Assembly: GCA_964016885.1 (NCBI GenBank)
Contig: OZ024740.1
Location: 313,410,001-313,474,000 of the forward strand
Reading direction: 5' to 3'
DNA length: 64,000 nt
Source: Eledone cirrhosa
Taxonomy: Eukaryota
The position numbers and the translations under genes were made by a program. The notes beneath the pieces were generated by a model, which was not told the origin of the DNA, did not search any database, and worked only from the letters and a program-made list of their open reading frames with translations. This document shows positions 27,189 through 40,716 of the stretch, one piece after another. The first letter of the stretch is position 1. Every line of letters begins with the position of its first letter.

Positions 27189-27327
27189 AATGATATGAAT
27201 AGGTAAACTAACTTGACTTTGTTGTTTTTATTTATATTTTCATTGTTAATTTAATACCTAATTACATATATATATATATATATATATAAGAATCCGGCTT
27301 CTTTTTCAGCAAAGGCAGGTGAGTGCG

Positions 27328-27370
27328 TGGCTTTGATAAACACCAAGCAGCGAGAAACACCTGTCAGCCA
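27328..27370 (+). ncRNA. Hammerhead motif, U3-A8 variant
   Basis: TGGCT-TTGATAA-ACACCAAGCAGCGA-GAAA-CACCTG-TC/AGCCA; weak stem II; outer TCCGGC/GCCGGA pairing. Confidence 0.6.
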
Positions 27371-27799
27371 TTCTCCCAGCCTCTGCCGGAAATATAAGTA
27401 AGTGACATAGTCACTACTTTAAAACTGATAGCGAATGGTCTTCTAAATGTTTTTAATTAAACATACGGTATATTGCCAAATACACTATACATACATTCAT
27501 GTATACATCGCTATTTCAGAGCACCAATACTAATATATATATATATGATAGACTCTCCCGTCAATTTCAACGAATGAGGATTCGATCAACCTATTCAGCT
27601 AATTCAGCTTGGATGTTTATATCGGGCATGCTATTTTAGATCTGGCAAGGATCTGTATGTGAGTCCACATATCGTGCAAGAGTGAGGTTAACTGGATAAT
27701 GCTGCTGGTATGTTTGATAACGTTTTACTCTTCCCTCACACTTCTTGTAGCCTATGGATACAACCGGACACAGATTTCCTGATCTTACTATGACACATA

Positions 27800-28030
27800 G
27801 CTCTCCAGTACATCCGCTCCAAGTTTACTTACTCAAATGCCTCATAAGGTATATTGGTTGCTGAAAGATTTACTCGTCAGCTTGTCTTTGTACCCGAATC
27901 ATGTTCATCCAACAATTCTATTATCCACAATCAAGCTGGCTGTACATGTAGACTTTTGGTATTCTTTTCTCATTCATTCTGATGACGTGACCAGCGCAAC
28001 ATAGTTGTGATTTCGTGAGAAAGGTTTCAA
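27800..28030 (-). pseudogene. RTE-clade LINE fragment
   Basis: Minus strand QLCCAGHVIRMNEKRIPKVYMYSQL matches the RTE WAGHV.RM...RIPK..LY..L motif. Confidence 0.65.
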
Positions 28031-28163
28031 TGTCGCCAATCTTGCACTTAGTAAATGAGTGTGTACTCACCTGTCACACACCTCGTGGGTTGTCTCTCTG
28101 CCAACCACTGTGCCGCTGAGGTACTTTTGCCCGTCAACCTCTGTAAATCACTACAGTTTCAGT

Positions 28164-28234
<71 letters not shown>

Positions 28235-28336
28235 GTTCAAAATGACAAGCAAACAAACAAACGCAGGAGTCAATGGTACATGGTGTTATTAGCTTCACGC
28301 TTGGTGAGAATGTGTGTGGGAGTAGGGTTGGGGCTG

Positions 28337-28428
<92 letters not shown>

Positions 28429-28466
28429 TTTATGTATATATGTATATATGTATCTATCTCTATATA

Positions 28467-29450
28467 GGATCAAGCGAAGACCGAAAATGGTTGCCTGGCA
28501 CCTCGAATGCCTTCAGGCGCTCACAGCCCTCTACCAAGCGGAAACGGGAGTCAGCGGAGACTCCACTTCGACATTCTATAGGGGATTAGTGGAGGATAAG
28601 TGCGACGACGTTCTCGGAGGAACGCTAGGCATCGAGGGCGAACTGACCAGTCTGTTCGGGAGGACTTTCCGTCCAGGGCCTATGGATAACTTCCAGAGGT
28701 CTCTGGCCTGGTAGTGCTACCGAGGAGCTCTACCAGTTCGAGACAAAATCTACAGGCACGGACGCCCTGGCAGAGATGCTGCCAAAAGGACCTGTCCAAG
28801 ATGCGAGCAGGACATCGAAACCGTTCTGCACACAATTGTTCAGTGCCGACCTGTGGAATTATGTCGAACAGCTGCTGTCACGTGTGGGACGCATCCAGCT
28901 GTCAGCCGAATCCATCGTGAGGATCACCCCGCCGCCTTCATTTAAGAACGAAGGAGAGGCGGTTTTCCTCTGTCTGGTGGCTATGGCGAAAGAGGTAATA
29001 TGGTGGACGAGGTTAAAAGGACTGAGGGCAAACACCTTTCTCTCCGGACAACAACTTATCCCCTTCTTTCAGTATCACTTCAGAAGGAAGGTGAGAGTGG
29101 AGAGAGAGGTGCTACAACACTGTAAATTCGCTGAAAGGTGGGTGAATGTGGAAAAAATGGCCCGAGTGAATGGGCCTTCTCTGTATATAAACCTGTTGGT
29201 TGAGGAAGATAATCAGAGGAAAGACAGGAACACATACAAAACGTGTTCCTGGTGTTGAGGGTTGTTCTATCCACGGGGTGTAAAACAACCCTGCAGTAAC
29301 GTTCCCCGCTATTGGGGAGTTCAATTGTTATTTTATTATATATAGTTTATTGTTATTTATTAATGTTAAAGTTATTTTTATGTAAAAACCTCCGCCGTCA
29401 CGTCTTGTAATGTCCCATTTTTGTACGCCCCTGTGGCAAATAAAGAAAGA
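28467..29450 (+). mobile_element. 5'-truncated Tx1-type LINE copy with 16-bp TSD
   Basis: Homologous to the C-terminus of ORF 61389-63485; TSD TATCTATCTCTATATA at 28451-28466 and 29451-29466; AATAAAGAAA end. Confidence 0.9.
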
Positions 29451-29843
29451 TATCTATCTCTATATATGTATGAAACAAATATGTGTTATTTCGATATCTG
29501 TCTATTGAGGTAATTTGCCGTATGATTTCAACATAATATACCACTGATAAGTTAATTATGTCTCTGTCGCTATTTTGTTTCATTGAATTCTTGTAATTTT
29601 TATTCTATTCTATTGACAGTTGCCTTTTAATTTAACAAACAATCATCGTATTATGTCCCTGTGTGGGAAAGTTGGTTTCACTGATGTCGGGCTTGATAAC
29701 ACACACATATATATATGTGTGTTTGTGTGTGTGTGTAGAATCCCGACCGCGCGGCACCAAGTGTAAAGCAAACCTTAGCAAGGACGTAGTAATATCTGTA
29801 GCTTTGAAAAAATAGGTAACTGGTCTTGGTAGTGGTTTGGTTG

Positions 29844-29879
<36 letters not shown>

Positions 29880-31714
29880 ATGAGAGAGAGAAAGTGTAAA
29901 AGAGAGTGAGAGAGAGAAAGAGTGAGAGAGATCGAAATCGAGATCGGGAGCGAGAGAGAAAGAGTGTGTGTGAGAGAGAGAGAGAGAGATCGGAAGCGAG
30001 AGAGAAAGAGAGAGACTTTATATATGGATTGAAGGAAGAGCTACTGGCAAAGAATAAGAGATGTAAGGGCAAAGGAACGTTGTAGTGATCCATACGTACA
30101 CACACGTCAACGAACACACATATACACACATATACACATATAATTACACATATAATCATATATATAGACACACAAGTAATTGTCGCTTGCTGAGTGTTTG
30201 TACGAAGTTTCCGTTTCACATATTCTTCGTTGTTTTTGTCGAATGGAATCTGGATGTATGGTCCCGTAACTCTCGAGGGAGCCGTCGGGACACCGTATTG
30301 ACATATGGTGTTTCTAGGGCATTTTTAACCCTAGCGACGTCTATCCCATGGAATATGCATGTATGGTCCTGTAACTCCCCAGGGAGTCATAGAGGCAGTA
30401 TATTAACATACGGTTTGTCTAGGTCATTGTTTCCCAAAATGGTCGGTTCTTTGATATCGGGGGGGGGGGGGGGGGGGGGGCGACAGTGTAGTATTAAAAA
30501 AAGAAAAAACAAGCTATTTATTGTTTAAATTTTAAACAATAAATAGCCTGTTTTTTTCTTTTTTTTTTACAAATATATTGCATATGTATATTAAGCATTT
30601 ATATAGACATCTATAATAAAGACATAGACATCTATGAGATTGTGTAGATTCTACACATCTATGAGATTGTGTAGATTCTACACAATCTCATAGATGTCTT
30701 TATTCTTATTAGCAAAATCACATTCTTTTTATATCTATGTTACTAATGATAAACTAACATCATCGCCATCATTGTTTAATGTCCACTTTCTCTGCTAGTA
30801 AGGTTTGTGCCATCACAGACTGATGGTGAGGGGCGCTGAGTGTGTGTGTGTGTGGTGTGTGTGTGTGTGTGTGTGGGGGGGGATTACGTGGCCGTGAGGG
30901 GGAGGGGGGGGCAAAAGTTTAAGAACCTCTGGTCTAGGTCATTTAAAAACTCGACGGAGTGTATACCTCTCCAGGTCTAAACACAGTAGATTTCTTCCAC
31001 AGAAGGATAGAGAGGGAGAGAATGGAAGTCAGAAAGAGATATAGAGGAAGAATCGACCTCAGTAAATGACTGCTAATTTTTATCAACCCTGAATGGATGA
31101 AAGGCAAAGTTGACTTCGGCGGGATTTGAACACGTAGTGCAGAGAGCCGAAACTAATACCACAACCATACTAGCCAATGTTCTAATGACTCAACCAATTC
31201 ACCACCCCGAATGAAATGTACAGTATATAGATGAACATTAGAAGTAGTTCTAAGACAAGCTTGATTCACAGTGGAAGCATAAATGATATGTTTATGTTGA
31301 ATAGACATACATAAATCTCGTTGTATGCCTTTTACATGTCACAGCTACCCCAGTAACTAACGTATACATACGTTTATGTATACATGCATTCATACGTACG
31401 TACATACAGAGAGTGATTGAAAGAGAGAGAAAGAGAAAGTGAGTGAGAGAGAGAAATAGAATGAGAGAGAGAGAGAGAGAGAAAGAGACTGAGTGAGAGA
31501 AAGATTGAAAGAGAAACAGAGTATGACAGAGAGAGAGAGAGCGAGAGAGCGAGAGAGAGAGAGAGAGAGAGAGAAAGGGAGAGATGAAAAGAGATTTAAT
31601 AAATCCTCCTCGTTTACCTGACAAGGGTATTTAATTCAGAATATTTTTATGTGTTATTCTAGTATAAATCTGGATCACTGTCCCACATCCTGTGGCGATT
31701 TATTGAGAAATAAT

Positions 31715-32650
31715 GATTTCTAGTATAGGAACAAGGCCAGCAATTTGGGGCAAGAGGAAAGTCGATTAAATCGACCCCAGTACGTTACTGGTGCCTTTAT
31801 TTTATCGACTCCGTCAGAATGAAAGGCAAAGATAATCTCGGCGGGATTTGAACTCAGGCCGTAAAGAGACGTAACTCTATGCTGCAAAACATGATGTCCG
31901 ACTTTCTACCGATACTGCCAATCCACCAGCCTTTTATTGAGAAATAATCACGTTATTTCAAGACAAACATACGCACTTTCGTGCTCATTATTTTATTGGC
32001 AGTATTGGTAGAGTGTCCGATGCCATGCTTTGGCGCATAGAGTTACGGCCCTTGCCATTCTGAGTTCAAATCCCGCCGAGGTTAACTTTGCCTTTCATCC
32101 TTACGGGGTCGATAAAATAAAGTACCAGTAATACACTGTGTTATTGCTGGCCTTGTGCCTAACGTAGAAACAATTATTTTATATGCTAACCGAGTATTTT
32201 AAAATAAAGAATATATCGGTAGAGCGCGGGCCAACATGCTTTGTGGCATCGTGTTATGGCTCTTTATGCTCTGAGTTTAAACCCCGCCGAGGTTAACTTT
32301 GCCCTTCATCCTTATGGGAGGAGGGGTTCAATAAAATAAAGTACTAGTAACGCACTGAGGTCGATTTAATCGACTTTCTACTCCCCTCAAAATTGTTGGC
32401 CTTGTGCCTATATAAGAAACCATTATTTAAGGAGGTTGTTTGGCAATTTCGGTAGAGCGTCGGATAACATGCTTTGTTATGGCATATAGTTACGTCCCTT
32501 TACGTTCTGAATTCAAGTCCCGCCGAGGTTAGCTTTGCCTTTCATCCTTACGAGGTCGATGAAATAACGAACCAATAATGCACTGGGATCGATTTAATCG
32601 ACTTTCGCATCCCCACCAAAATTGTTGACCCTGTGTCTAAATCAGAAACC
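31715..32650. mobile_element. SINE cluster (one minus, three plus copies)
   Basis: SINE consensus; TSD TTATTGAGAAATAAT around the minus copy. Confidence 0.85.
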
Positions 32651-33006
32651 TTTCTGTAGGATCATTGCAAATTTGCATGAGATGCAGTTGGAGAGGTTAG
32701 CAGAAGTGCAGCTCAAAGTTTTAATGACGTTGTACTGGGATTTGAGGTTGTTTATGGGGCGAAAGGACAAGTGTAGAGTTTGGTACGAGAACCTTTGAAG
32801 ATACCAGGCCGAGCTTACTGGAGACAAATGAGCTTCTAAGTAAGACATCAAACACACAGACACATACATATACAAAAACACAAGCACACATACATATACG
32901 CACGGTCGCAACACACACACACATTTGTATATATGATGAATTAACAAATATATCTAGATTAACACACACACATACATACATTTACACAAAGAACAGCACC
33001 CTATAC

Positions 33007-33045
<39 letters not shown>

Positions 33046-33343
33046 GTATATCTATATATCTATATATCTATATGATGAATTAACCAATATATATATAGAT
33101 TAACACACACACATACATATATATACCCGCCACCACACATATATATATATACATACATATATATATATATATATATGTGTGTGTGTATGTAGGGGTAGGG
33201 GGTTGTAGGGAGGGGGGGGGGGGTATATATATTTATATATTTATGTGATGAATTAACCAATATATATCTAGATTAACACACACTCATACATATATATACG
33301 CCCCCATCACATATATATATATATATATATATTTATGTGTGTA

Positions 33344-33374
<31 letters not shown>

Positions 33375-33821
33375 GTGTGATGATTTAACCCCTATATTAA
33401 CACTCACACATACATACATTTATACATGTACACATTTTCACATAGACAGTCACAACACACACCATACTGTATAATCTAAAGATGCTTTAATAGTAAACTT
33501 GACTCACTTCACTGTCAACACAATATATCATTACACGTAGACAGACATATCCACCGCCAAAACTTACGTTTTGATTTCATCCAATTCCCTAGATTTTGTT
33601 CAAAAAAGGACATTGCTTTCTTAAAGTTCTTAGCGTGCCAACTGGTCTTAAATAACTTTTCATTTGTCATGTTTTCTTTACGTTTGCAATCTAAACATAG
33701 ACACTATTATGGACATCATAACTATTGAATTTCGATTACGTCACGATATTGGTTATTTTGTTTTAATGAAAAATAAATACAAATTGTTTATTTACTTGTA
33801 TGGGTTTACAATATTGGGAGG

Positions 33822-33894
<73 letters not shown>

Positions 33895-34104
33895 AGTATA
33901 TAAAGCATACATATATATGTATGTGTGGATGTATGCATATATGTATGCTTTATATACTGTATATATATATATATATATATATATACAGTATATAAAGCAT
34001 ACATATATGCATACATCCACACATACATATATATGTGTATGTATGTATAATAATGTTTTTGTTTATAGGAATTTACATGCACATTTATGTGGTGTATTTA
34101 ATGG

Positions 34105-34151
<47 letters not shown>

Positions 34152-34450
34152 TATATAAATATGTATATATACACATACATATATATATTAGTGCGAACTG
34201 GCCATCTTAACGATAGCCTATTTGTCTTGTTACAGTGATGTGTGTATATAGTGGAAGGGAGACATAGATAGAACAAGTACATAGAAAGGGCAGATAAGAA
34301 GATAGATAGATTGAAATACGTATGTATATATATATGTATATATACAGGGTGTCACAAAAAATGTATATACACTTTGGTTACCTGTACAGGAAATATTTTT
34401 TAAAATGCTGTTGAAGTCTGTATACATTTGTTTGTATATATGAACACACA

Positions 34451-34563
<113 letters not shown>

Positions 34564-34622
34564 TTTAAAATGCTGTTGAAGTCTGTATACATTTGTTTGT
34601 ATATATGAACACACACACACAT

Positions 34623-34676
<54 letters not shown>

Positions 34677-34809
34677 CGAAGGAAATGTGATAAGGAACCA
34701 GGTGGACCATAACGCACCAAAGTACTCAATACTTAGGGTAGTAGAGTGGGTAATAGGAACCAGTAAGACCCCGACGGCTGAGCTCAAGCCGTTTCGACGG
34801 CTAATTCTG

Positions 34810-34885
<76 letters not shown>

Positions 34886-35231
34886 CTAGAACACTGGTGA
34901 GTTATATCCGAAGTAGTAGAGCACTCACTCCATGGGACGAGTTTGGTAGAAGTAGTTCCACAATAGTTAATTCACCATTTCTGAGAACAACTTTTTCACC
35001 TTAGTCGGATGATCAGCTCGGTTTAAATGAGATTATATGGAAAAGGAAAGACAATTATGCGAATACGCATGTGCAGAAGAAGTCACCCCCCAAAGGGGAG
35101 GAAACTCACGTTAGATCGGTGGAGGCAGGCAACTGAAACGTCAGAATATAATAGATTATTCATGTTATTCAGTCCAGAATATAATAGATTATTCATATTA
35201 GTCAGCCTGGAGCTTTGAAATTACGTAAAAG

Positions 35232-36760
35232 GTGTTTCCAAACGTGTGGATAACGCGAGAAAAATTGAACCTTGAAGATCACAAAGTAAACTATTCTTCT
35301 AACCCCACTTGTAGACTACTGAACCCGGCACGTACGGAGATGAGGCTAGTCAGTAAGGCTATACTTAGGAATATAGTTAAGACTATTAGGACTAAGTCCA
35401 ACCTGCCCCACTGTCAGAACAGTGACTCTGTCATTAAGTGGTTTAATTCTTTCAGCTCCAAAAAAGCAAAATCCACTCACTTCGACATTGTTGGCTTTTA
35501 CCCGTCGATCTCGGTGACCCTGTTGAACAAAGCATTGAACTTTGCCACCACTTACACTGCCGTCCATGATTCAGCCAGGGAGATCATTTCACATTGTCAG
35601 AAAACCCTCCTCTTTAACGAGTATCTTGGATGAAGAAGTCAGCTACTTCAGAACTATTCGACGTATCAATGGGATCATTCGCTAGTGCTGATATATGCGA
35701 CTTGGTTTGCTTATACCGTGACGATGGTTTGACCCTATCAAGCCATAAAAGTGGTCACGACTTGGGCCATTTTAAAACAGATTTAATTGCAACATTTAAT
35801 GTGTTAGGACTTAGGATCACAGTAGCTACTAACCTTACTAGCGTAGATAACTTAGACATAAATTTAGATCTTCACACACATACCTTTAGACTATTGCATA
35901 AACCAAATGAAAAACTAACTTACATACTCAACGAAACATGCCACCCACCTACAGTTTTCAGAAACGTCGTGAAAAATATCAGCACTAGAATCTCTAACCT
36001 CTCTTCTAATAAAACAATCTTTGAAGAGCGGCACACTATTACAACGCGGTGTTAGTTAACAGTGGCTTCTCACAACCAATTGCTTACTCCCCCCCTAACG
36101 CCAACAAAAATAGAAAAAGAAATCGTGCTAATAGAAAAATAATTTGTTTCTCCCCCACCTTCTCACTCAACCTTAAAACTAATGTAGGTAAAACATTTTT
36201 AACTCTCTTAGGCACTTCCTCATAGGTCATAAATACCGCTCCATCTTTAACAAACACAAGGTGAAACTAGGATACTTCTGTGCTAAGAATATGAAAGCCT
36301 ACATCACCAACAACCCTAGGAGCAGAACCCCACCAGGATGCTCTTGCCGAAGGCTTGAATCTTGTTCCCTTCAACAACTGCAACGCACTCGCTGTAATTT
36401 ACGAAGCTGTAGTCACTTCTAAACGACCAAATCAACAACAAGAAGTTAAATCCTATGTAGGTATGGCGGAGGGTCGGTTTAAAGAACGTTTCCTGAATCA
36501 TCTGTCGACATTCAGACACTGGGACAAACGATCGTCCACGAAGCTCGTAAGCCACATATGGTCCCTCAAGAACGCAGACGTAGATTACTCCAATCAATTG
36601 AAAGTTATTACTAAGTCTAAGCTATACGGAAATGGGAATTCCTCTTGTGGGCTGTGCATTGAAGAAAGAATCAATATCCTGAGGTGGTTCGTAATAGTGC
36701 TTGTCTAAATACAAGGAATGAATTTTTACCGTGTTGACCACACGTTTCGAAACACCTATT
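35232..36760 (+). pseudogene. Penelope-like RT + GIY-YIG endonuclease, frameshifted
   Basis: FDIVGFYPSI, FDVSMGS, LYRDDGL, LDINLDL, KPN...HP, VIYEAVV...YVGMAEGRFKERFLNH, CGLC across ORFs 35232, 35630 and 36355. Confidence 0.88.
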
Positions 36761-36960
36761 ACGTAAGTTCAAATCCCCAGAACGACTACCCGACGTAATC
36801 ACTGGACCGAATAACATGAATAATCTATTATATTCTGACTTTTCACAGTTGTCTTCAAAGTACTGATCTAACGTGAGTTTCTTCCCTTTTGGGAAGTGAC
36901 TTCTTCTGCACATGCGTTTTCGTATAATTGTTTTTCCTTTTCCGTATAATCTCACTTAAA

Positions 36961-37001
36961 CTGAGCTGATGATCCGACTAAGGTGAAACAATTGTTCTCG
37001 G
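36961..37001 (+). ncRNA. Minimal hammerhead ribozyme in the Penelope 3' pLTR (mutated mirror at 34981-35021, minus)
   Basis: CTGAG-CTGATGA-T-CC-GACTAA-GG-T-GAAA-CAATTG-TT/CTCGG. Confidence 0.8.
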
Positions 37002-37549
37002 AAATGGTGAATTAACTGTTGCTTCAAACACATATACATATATATGTATGTGTTTACACATATCGCTCTCTATATCTTTACAGATACAGTGTATTACAGA
37101 GTGCATATAATTAAGCGATAACATACAATTAACTATTTATAAATCGTTTCAGTGCATCTAATTTCATATGCAAAATTAGTTCTTGGTCTAGCTTGTTTAT
37201 GTGCATAATTTTGTAAATTTCTATAGAGCTCCCCACCTCGAAATACCACTCTGTCTATCCTTGACCCTCTGTCACCACTTTATGTTGATGATAAAAATAT
37301 ATAGCGACGAATTTGCTGAGTCATTAGAGTGTCGGATAAAAACCCTTGAGGTACTTCTCCAGCTTTATGAGTTCCGAGTTCAAATCCAGTCAATGTCAGC
37401 TTTGTTTTTTATTCTTTGAAGTCTGATAAATAAATATCAGTTTGGAACAGTGGATTGATGTAATTGTTAGATTCCTTGCGGCATCAATTCTGTTTTTTTT
37501 TTGTTTTTTTTCTTTCTGACTCCAGAATATTCACTTTACAGTAATCCCA

Positions 37550-37760
37550 GTATCGAGTCTGATAAGATTTGTGGTCGAGCCCGTAGCAGTCGAGACTTCT
37601 GGTGTCCTTGGCCCTAGTGTCACCTCCATACTCACCACCATCGGCACAGAGCTGGCTACCCGCTGGTGTGAGCCTCGCGAGCTGGAATGGCTCTTCCAGC
37701 GTGTCTCCCTCACAACCCTCCGAGGAAACGCCTTCTCTACTCTGTCTGCTGGGACCACGG
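37550..37760 (+). pseudogene. CRE-like RLE non-LTR 3' fragment
   Basis: VEPVAVETSGVLGP...LEWLFQRVSLTTLRGNA. Confidence 0.7.
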
Positions 37761-38070
37761 GGTGGCCAGACCATGGGTCGCCATTTTCTCACAATAGTGA
37801 AAGATCGGGAGGGCAGGAGAGACGGAGGCAGTGACAGTAGGAGTTTGGTTCCATTGTGTTCGGACCTGATATATATACATATATTTATTTACCACATCAC
37901 ATTAACTGTATATTAGATCTATATATATATATATATATATATTTTTAAAATCCAACGTCAATAAATACGCCAGGATTTTTTCATTCTGATGATTGAAAGC
38001 AACATTTTTTTGCTTTTAAGAAACCACTGGTAAATGAAATAATTGCCTTATGTTGTTTATTACATAACTA

Positions 38071-38164
<94 letters not shown>

Positions 38165-38374
38165 TATGTATACGTACATACATATATGTATACAGACGTA
38201 CATTAGTATGTATATATATATACATACATGCACACATATATATATATATATGTACGTATGGATTTACCGAACATTTATTATAATGCTCGGTTTGTTTGTA
38301 AACAAACATCCCGAATTAAGCCGTACAGTGTTTAGCAACCATCGTTACCCATTTGTTCAACACTGACAAAGGAA

Positions 38375-38415
38375 CGATGTACTAGTTTCAAGCTTATTAG
38401 CTATCGTCAGCACCG
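38375..38415 (-). ncRNA. Intact minimal type-I hammerhead ribozyme
   Basis: Minus strand: CGGTG-CTGACGA-T-AGCT-AATA-AGCT-T-GAAA-CTAG-TA/CATCG; GUA triplet. Confidence 0.82.
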
Positions 38416-39228
38416 TATACCTTCCTGCCAGATGATTGAACGTCTGAAAGTTTATACTTTCCTTATGCATATTAACGGCTGAGCAGCCTAACTTTCATAT
38501 CGAGTGAGTTAATCGACCGGGCGCACCGAAAACGATAAATGCATGTATGTATATATATACATACTACTGTAGGTGTGTATTCATATATGTATGTACGTAT
38601 ACATACTTATATTTAAGTAACAGCCGTACTAAGAATGAGAAATGAAATTTCGTTTCATTTTTTCGGTGCGCCCAGCCGATTAACTCACTCGTCTGCTTTT
38701 CCCCTTTCGCCTACCCCGATGCAGCCCATCGGGCCTCTGTAGCATCAGTTCCCCACCCCTGCAATTTTAAGATAGAATTGGTCGATTACGTTTTACTAAC
38801 TACTTATAGCAGATGTGTTCGGCCCCTTTAATTTTGTATCCGTTTTATTACTACTCAATTTCTACAAGTGTTTTTCTATTCTCAACTTATTAACCTGTAA
38901 TTGTAAGATAGCATTGTGATTTTTTTTATTCATTTCTCACTATCTAATTTTATATATTTTTTTATTTCTTTCTATTATCTTTTATTGTCTCCTACTCTCA
39001 TTCGAATTACCTATTCTATAACCCCCCCCTCCATTTAATACACTATCCTTAGAATCTGCTGTATACATATCACTTTCAACGCTTGACCGCTCCACTCACT
39101 CCCCTATTGTTCTACAGGCAAGTTCAGCCACCCCTACCTCCCACCAAATGCCATGATAGACTTATTTGTGTTTACAACAAATTTTAACCAATCCTCTTGA
39201 CAACTACAATCTTCCCATATAAGGAAGT

Positions 39229-39325
39229 ACCCCCTTGACAAGTTCAGCTATTTATTCACCAGGTTAAAAATTCTAATTTAGTCCAGAAATAGCCGTCGAA
39301 ACGGCTTGAGCTCTGCCGTCGGGGT
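39229..39325 (+). ncRNA. Hammerhead motif, U3-A8 variant, long stems II and III
   Basis: ACCCCC-TTGACAA-GTTCAGCTATTT...AAATAGCCGTC-GAAA-CGGC-TTGAGCTCT-GCCG-TC/GGGGT. Confidence 0.68.
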
Positions 39326-39519
39326 CATACTTTTTCTTATATATATATATATATATATATATTCTTCTCCACTTACAAAAATAGAAGCTTTTATCATTAA
39401 AGTCGCAGAAGATATGTTGAGGAAAAAAAAACCCACCAACGATAACAAACCTAAAAAAAAATAACAAACAATAAAAAGCAATAATATAAAAAAAAACTAG
39501 ATTGCTTCACTGAAGTCAT

Positions 39520-39720
39520 AAAATTGATGTGGCGTCAGTTCATAACAGACCCATGTCTCTCCTGAGTCTGTGGAGACTGTGGCAGGATTTTCTTCTATAG
39601 AGAAGGATAGACATGTTACGTATTAAACATTACTGAAGGTAACTGAAAATGAATTCTTTGATGTAGGTCCACAGAATGATTGTTCAGTTCATTCTGAAAA
39701 AAAAAGTAAGAAAAAATACA
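39520..39720 (+). pseudogene. Possible mariner transposase HTH-region remnant
   Basis: PESVETV...IEKDRHVT resembles mariner ENVEKV...I..DRR.T; near a mariner MITE. Confidence 0.3.
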
Positions 39721-39879
39721 CGCACTTTTATAAACCTAGTGAAGCCTAAAAACTAAAATGATTTTTCGTAGAGAACGGTGTTTTTTCCCCCATTTCTAAA
39801 AATGTTGTTTCGAAGTTTCAAGATCTGATTGTATTAAATATATGATTAACCTACCGTTGAGTTCAACGAGTTGCATTTA

Positions 39880-40197
39880 CGAGGGTTGTTTGAAAAGTTC
39901 ATAGGCTGACTATGAAGGAGTGATGCTAGAACTGTGAAATCTTGCCTGCATTAATTTCCACTCTTCTTATTAATAACTACATTGCTTTCTTTCCAGGGAC
40001 TATTTTGAAAAATAAACCTCATTTGGTCATTCCTAGAGAGTATCTTGGGCAGCCTATGAATGGGTGATGATAGAGCTGTGAAATCTCGTATGTATTAATT
40101 TTAACTCTTATTAATAACTGCATCGTTTCTTTCCAGGGACTATGTTGAAAAATAAACCTCATTTGGTCATTCCTTGGTCAGCCTATGAACTTTTCAA
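39880..40197 (+). mobile_element. Mariner-type MITE with internal duplication
   Basis: TA|CGAGGGTTGTTTGAAAAGTTCATAGGCTGAC; body repeated. Confidence 0.75.
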
Positions 40198-40639
40198 GTG
40201 TGTGTATGTGTGTGTGTGTGTGTGTATCTGTGTACGTTAAAATGATGTGGTCAGAGGAGGAAGCACAATTTCCACACCATCAGCAGCCTCAAACAGACCA
40301 GTGAAATTGATGCTGTTGATACTCAGTGGGCAAAGGATTGAGCAAAGATTTTAGAATAAAGCCTGTAAGTGTGGTAAAAAGATAAAAGATTGGTTGAACT
40401 TGCTGTTCAGTCTCAGCTCAGCTTTTAACGAATAGACTTATAATCAAAGGTTTTCCAGCATTGACAATCTTCTCTTTTTGTATGTGTATCAAGAACTACA
40501 TTGTCCAATAGGAAGCGAATTGGTAGAATCTTTAGAGCGTCATATTAAATATCATGTGGGGTTTGTTCTAGTACTCTGTGCATCCAGTTGAATTCCTACT
40601 AAGATTATTTGGGGTTTTCAGGCCTGTAGATTGATGGTA

Positions 40640-40716
40640 TTGGCAGAGTGCCTTGTTGGCAGAGCGTCTTGTTGGTAGAGCGTCTTGTTGGTAGAGCGTC
40701 TTGTTGGCAGAGCGCC
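40640..40716. repeat. 16-bp tandem repeat, ~5 copies
   Basis: TTGG(C/T)AGAGCGTCTTG repeated. Confidence 0.85.

Larger units (their letters stand above)
34880..37021 (+). mobile_element. Penelope-like retroelement, 5'-truncated, inverted pseudo-LTRs
   Basis: Inverted repeats ~34960-35177 and ~36802-37021 around an RT+GIY-YIG remnant; (TA)n at left, TA-rich at right. Confidence 0.88.
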
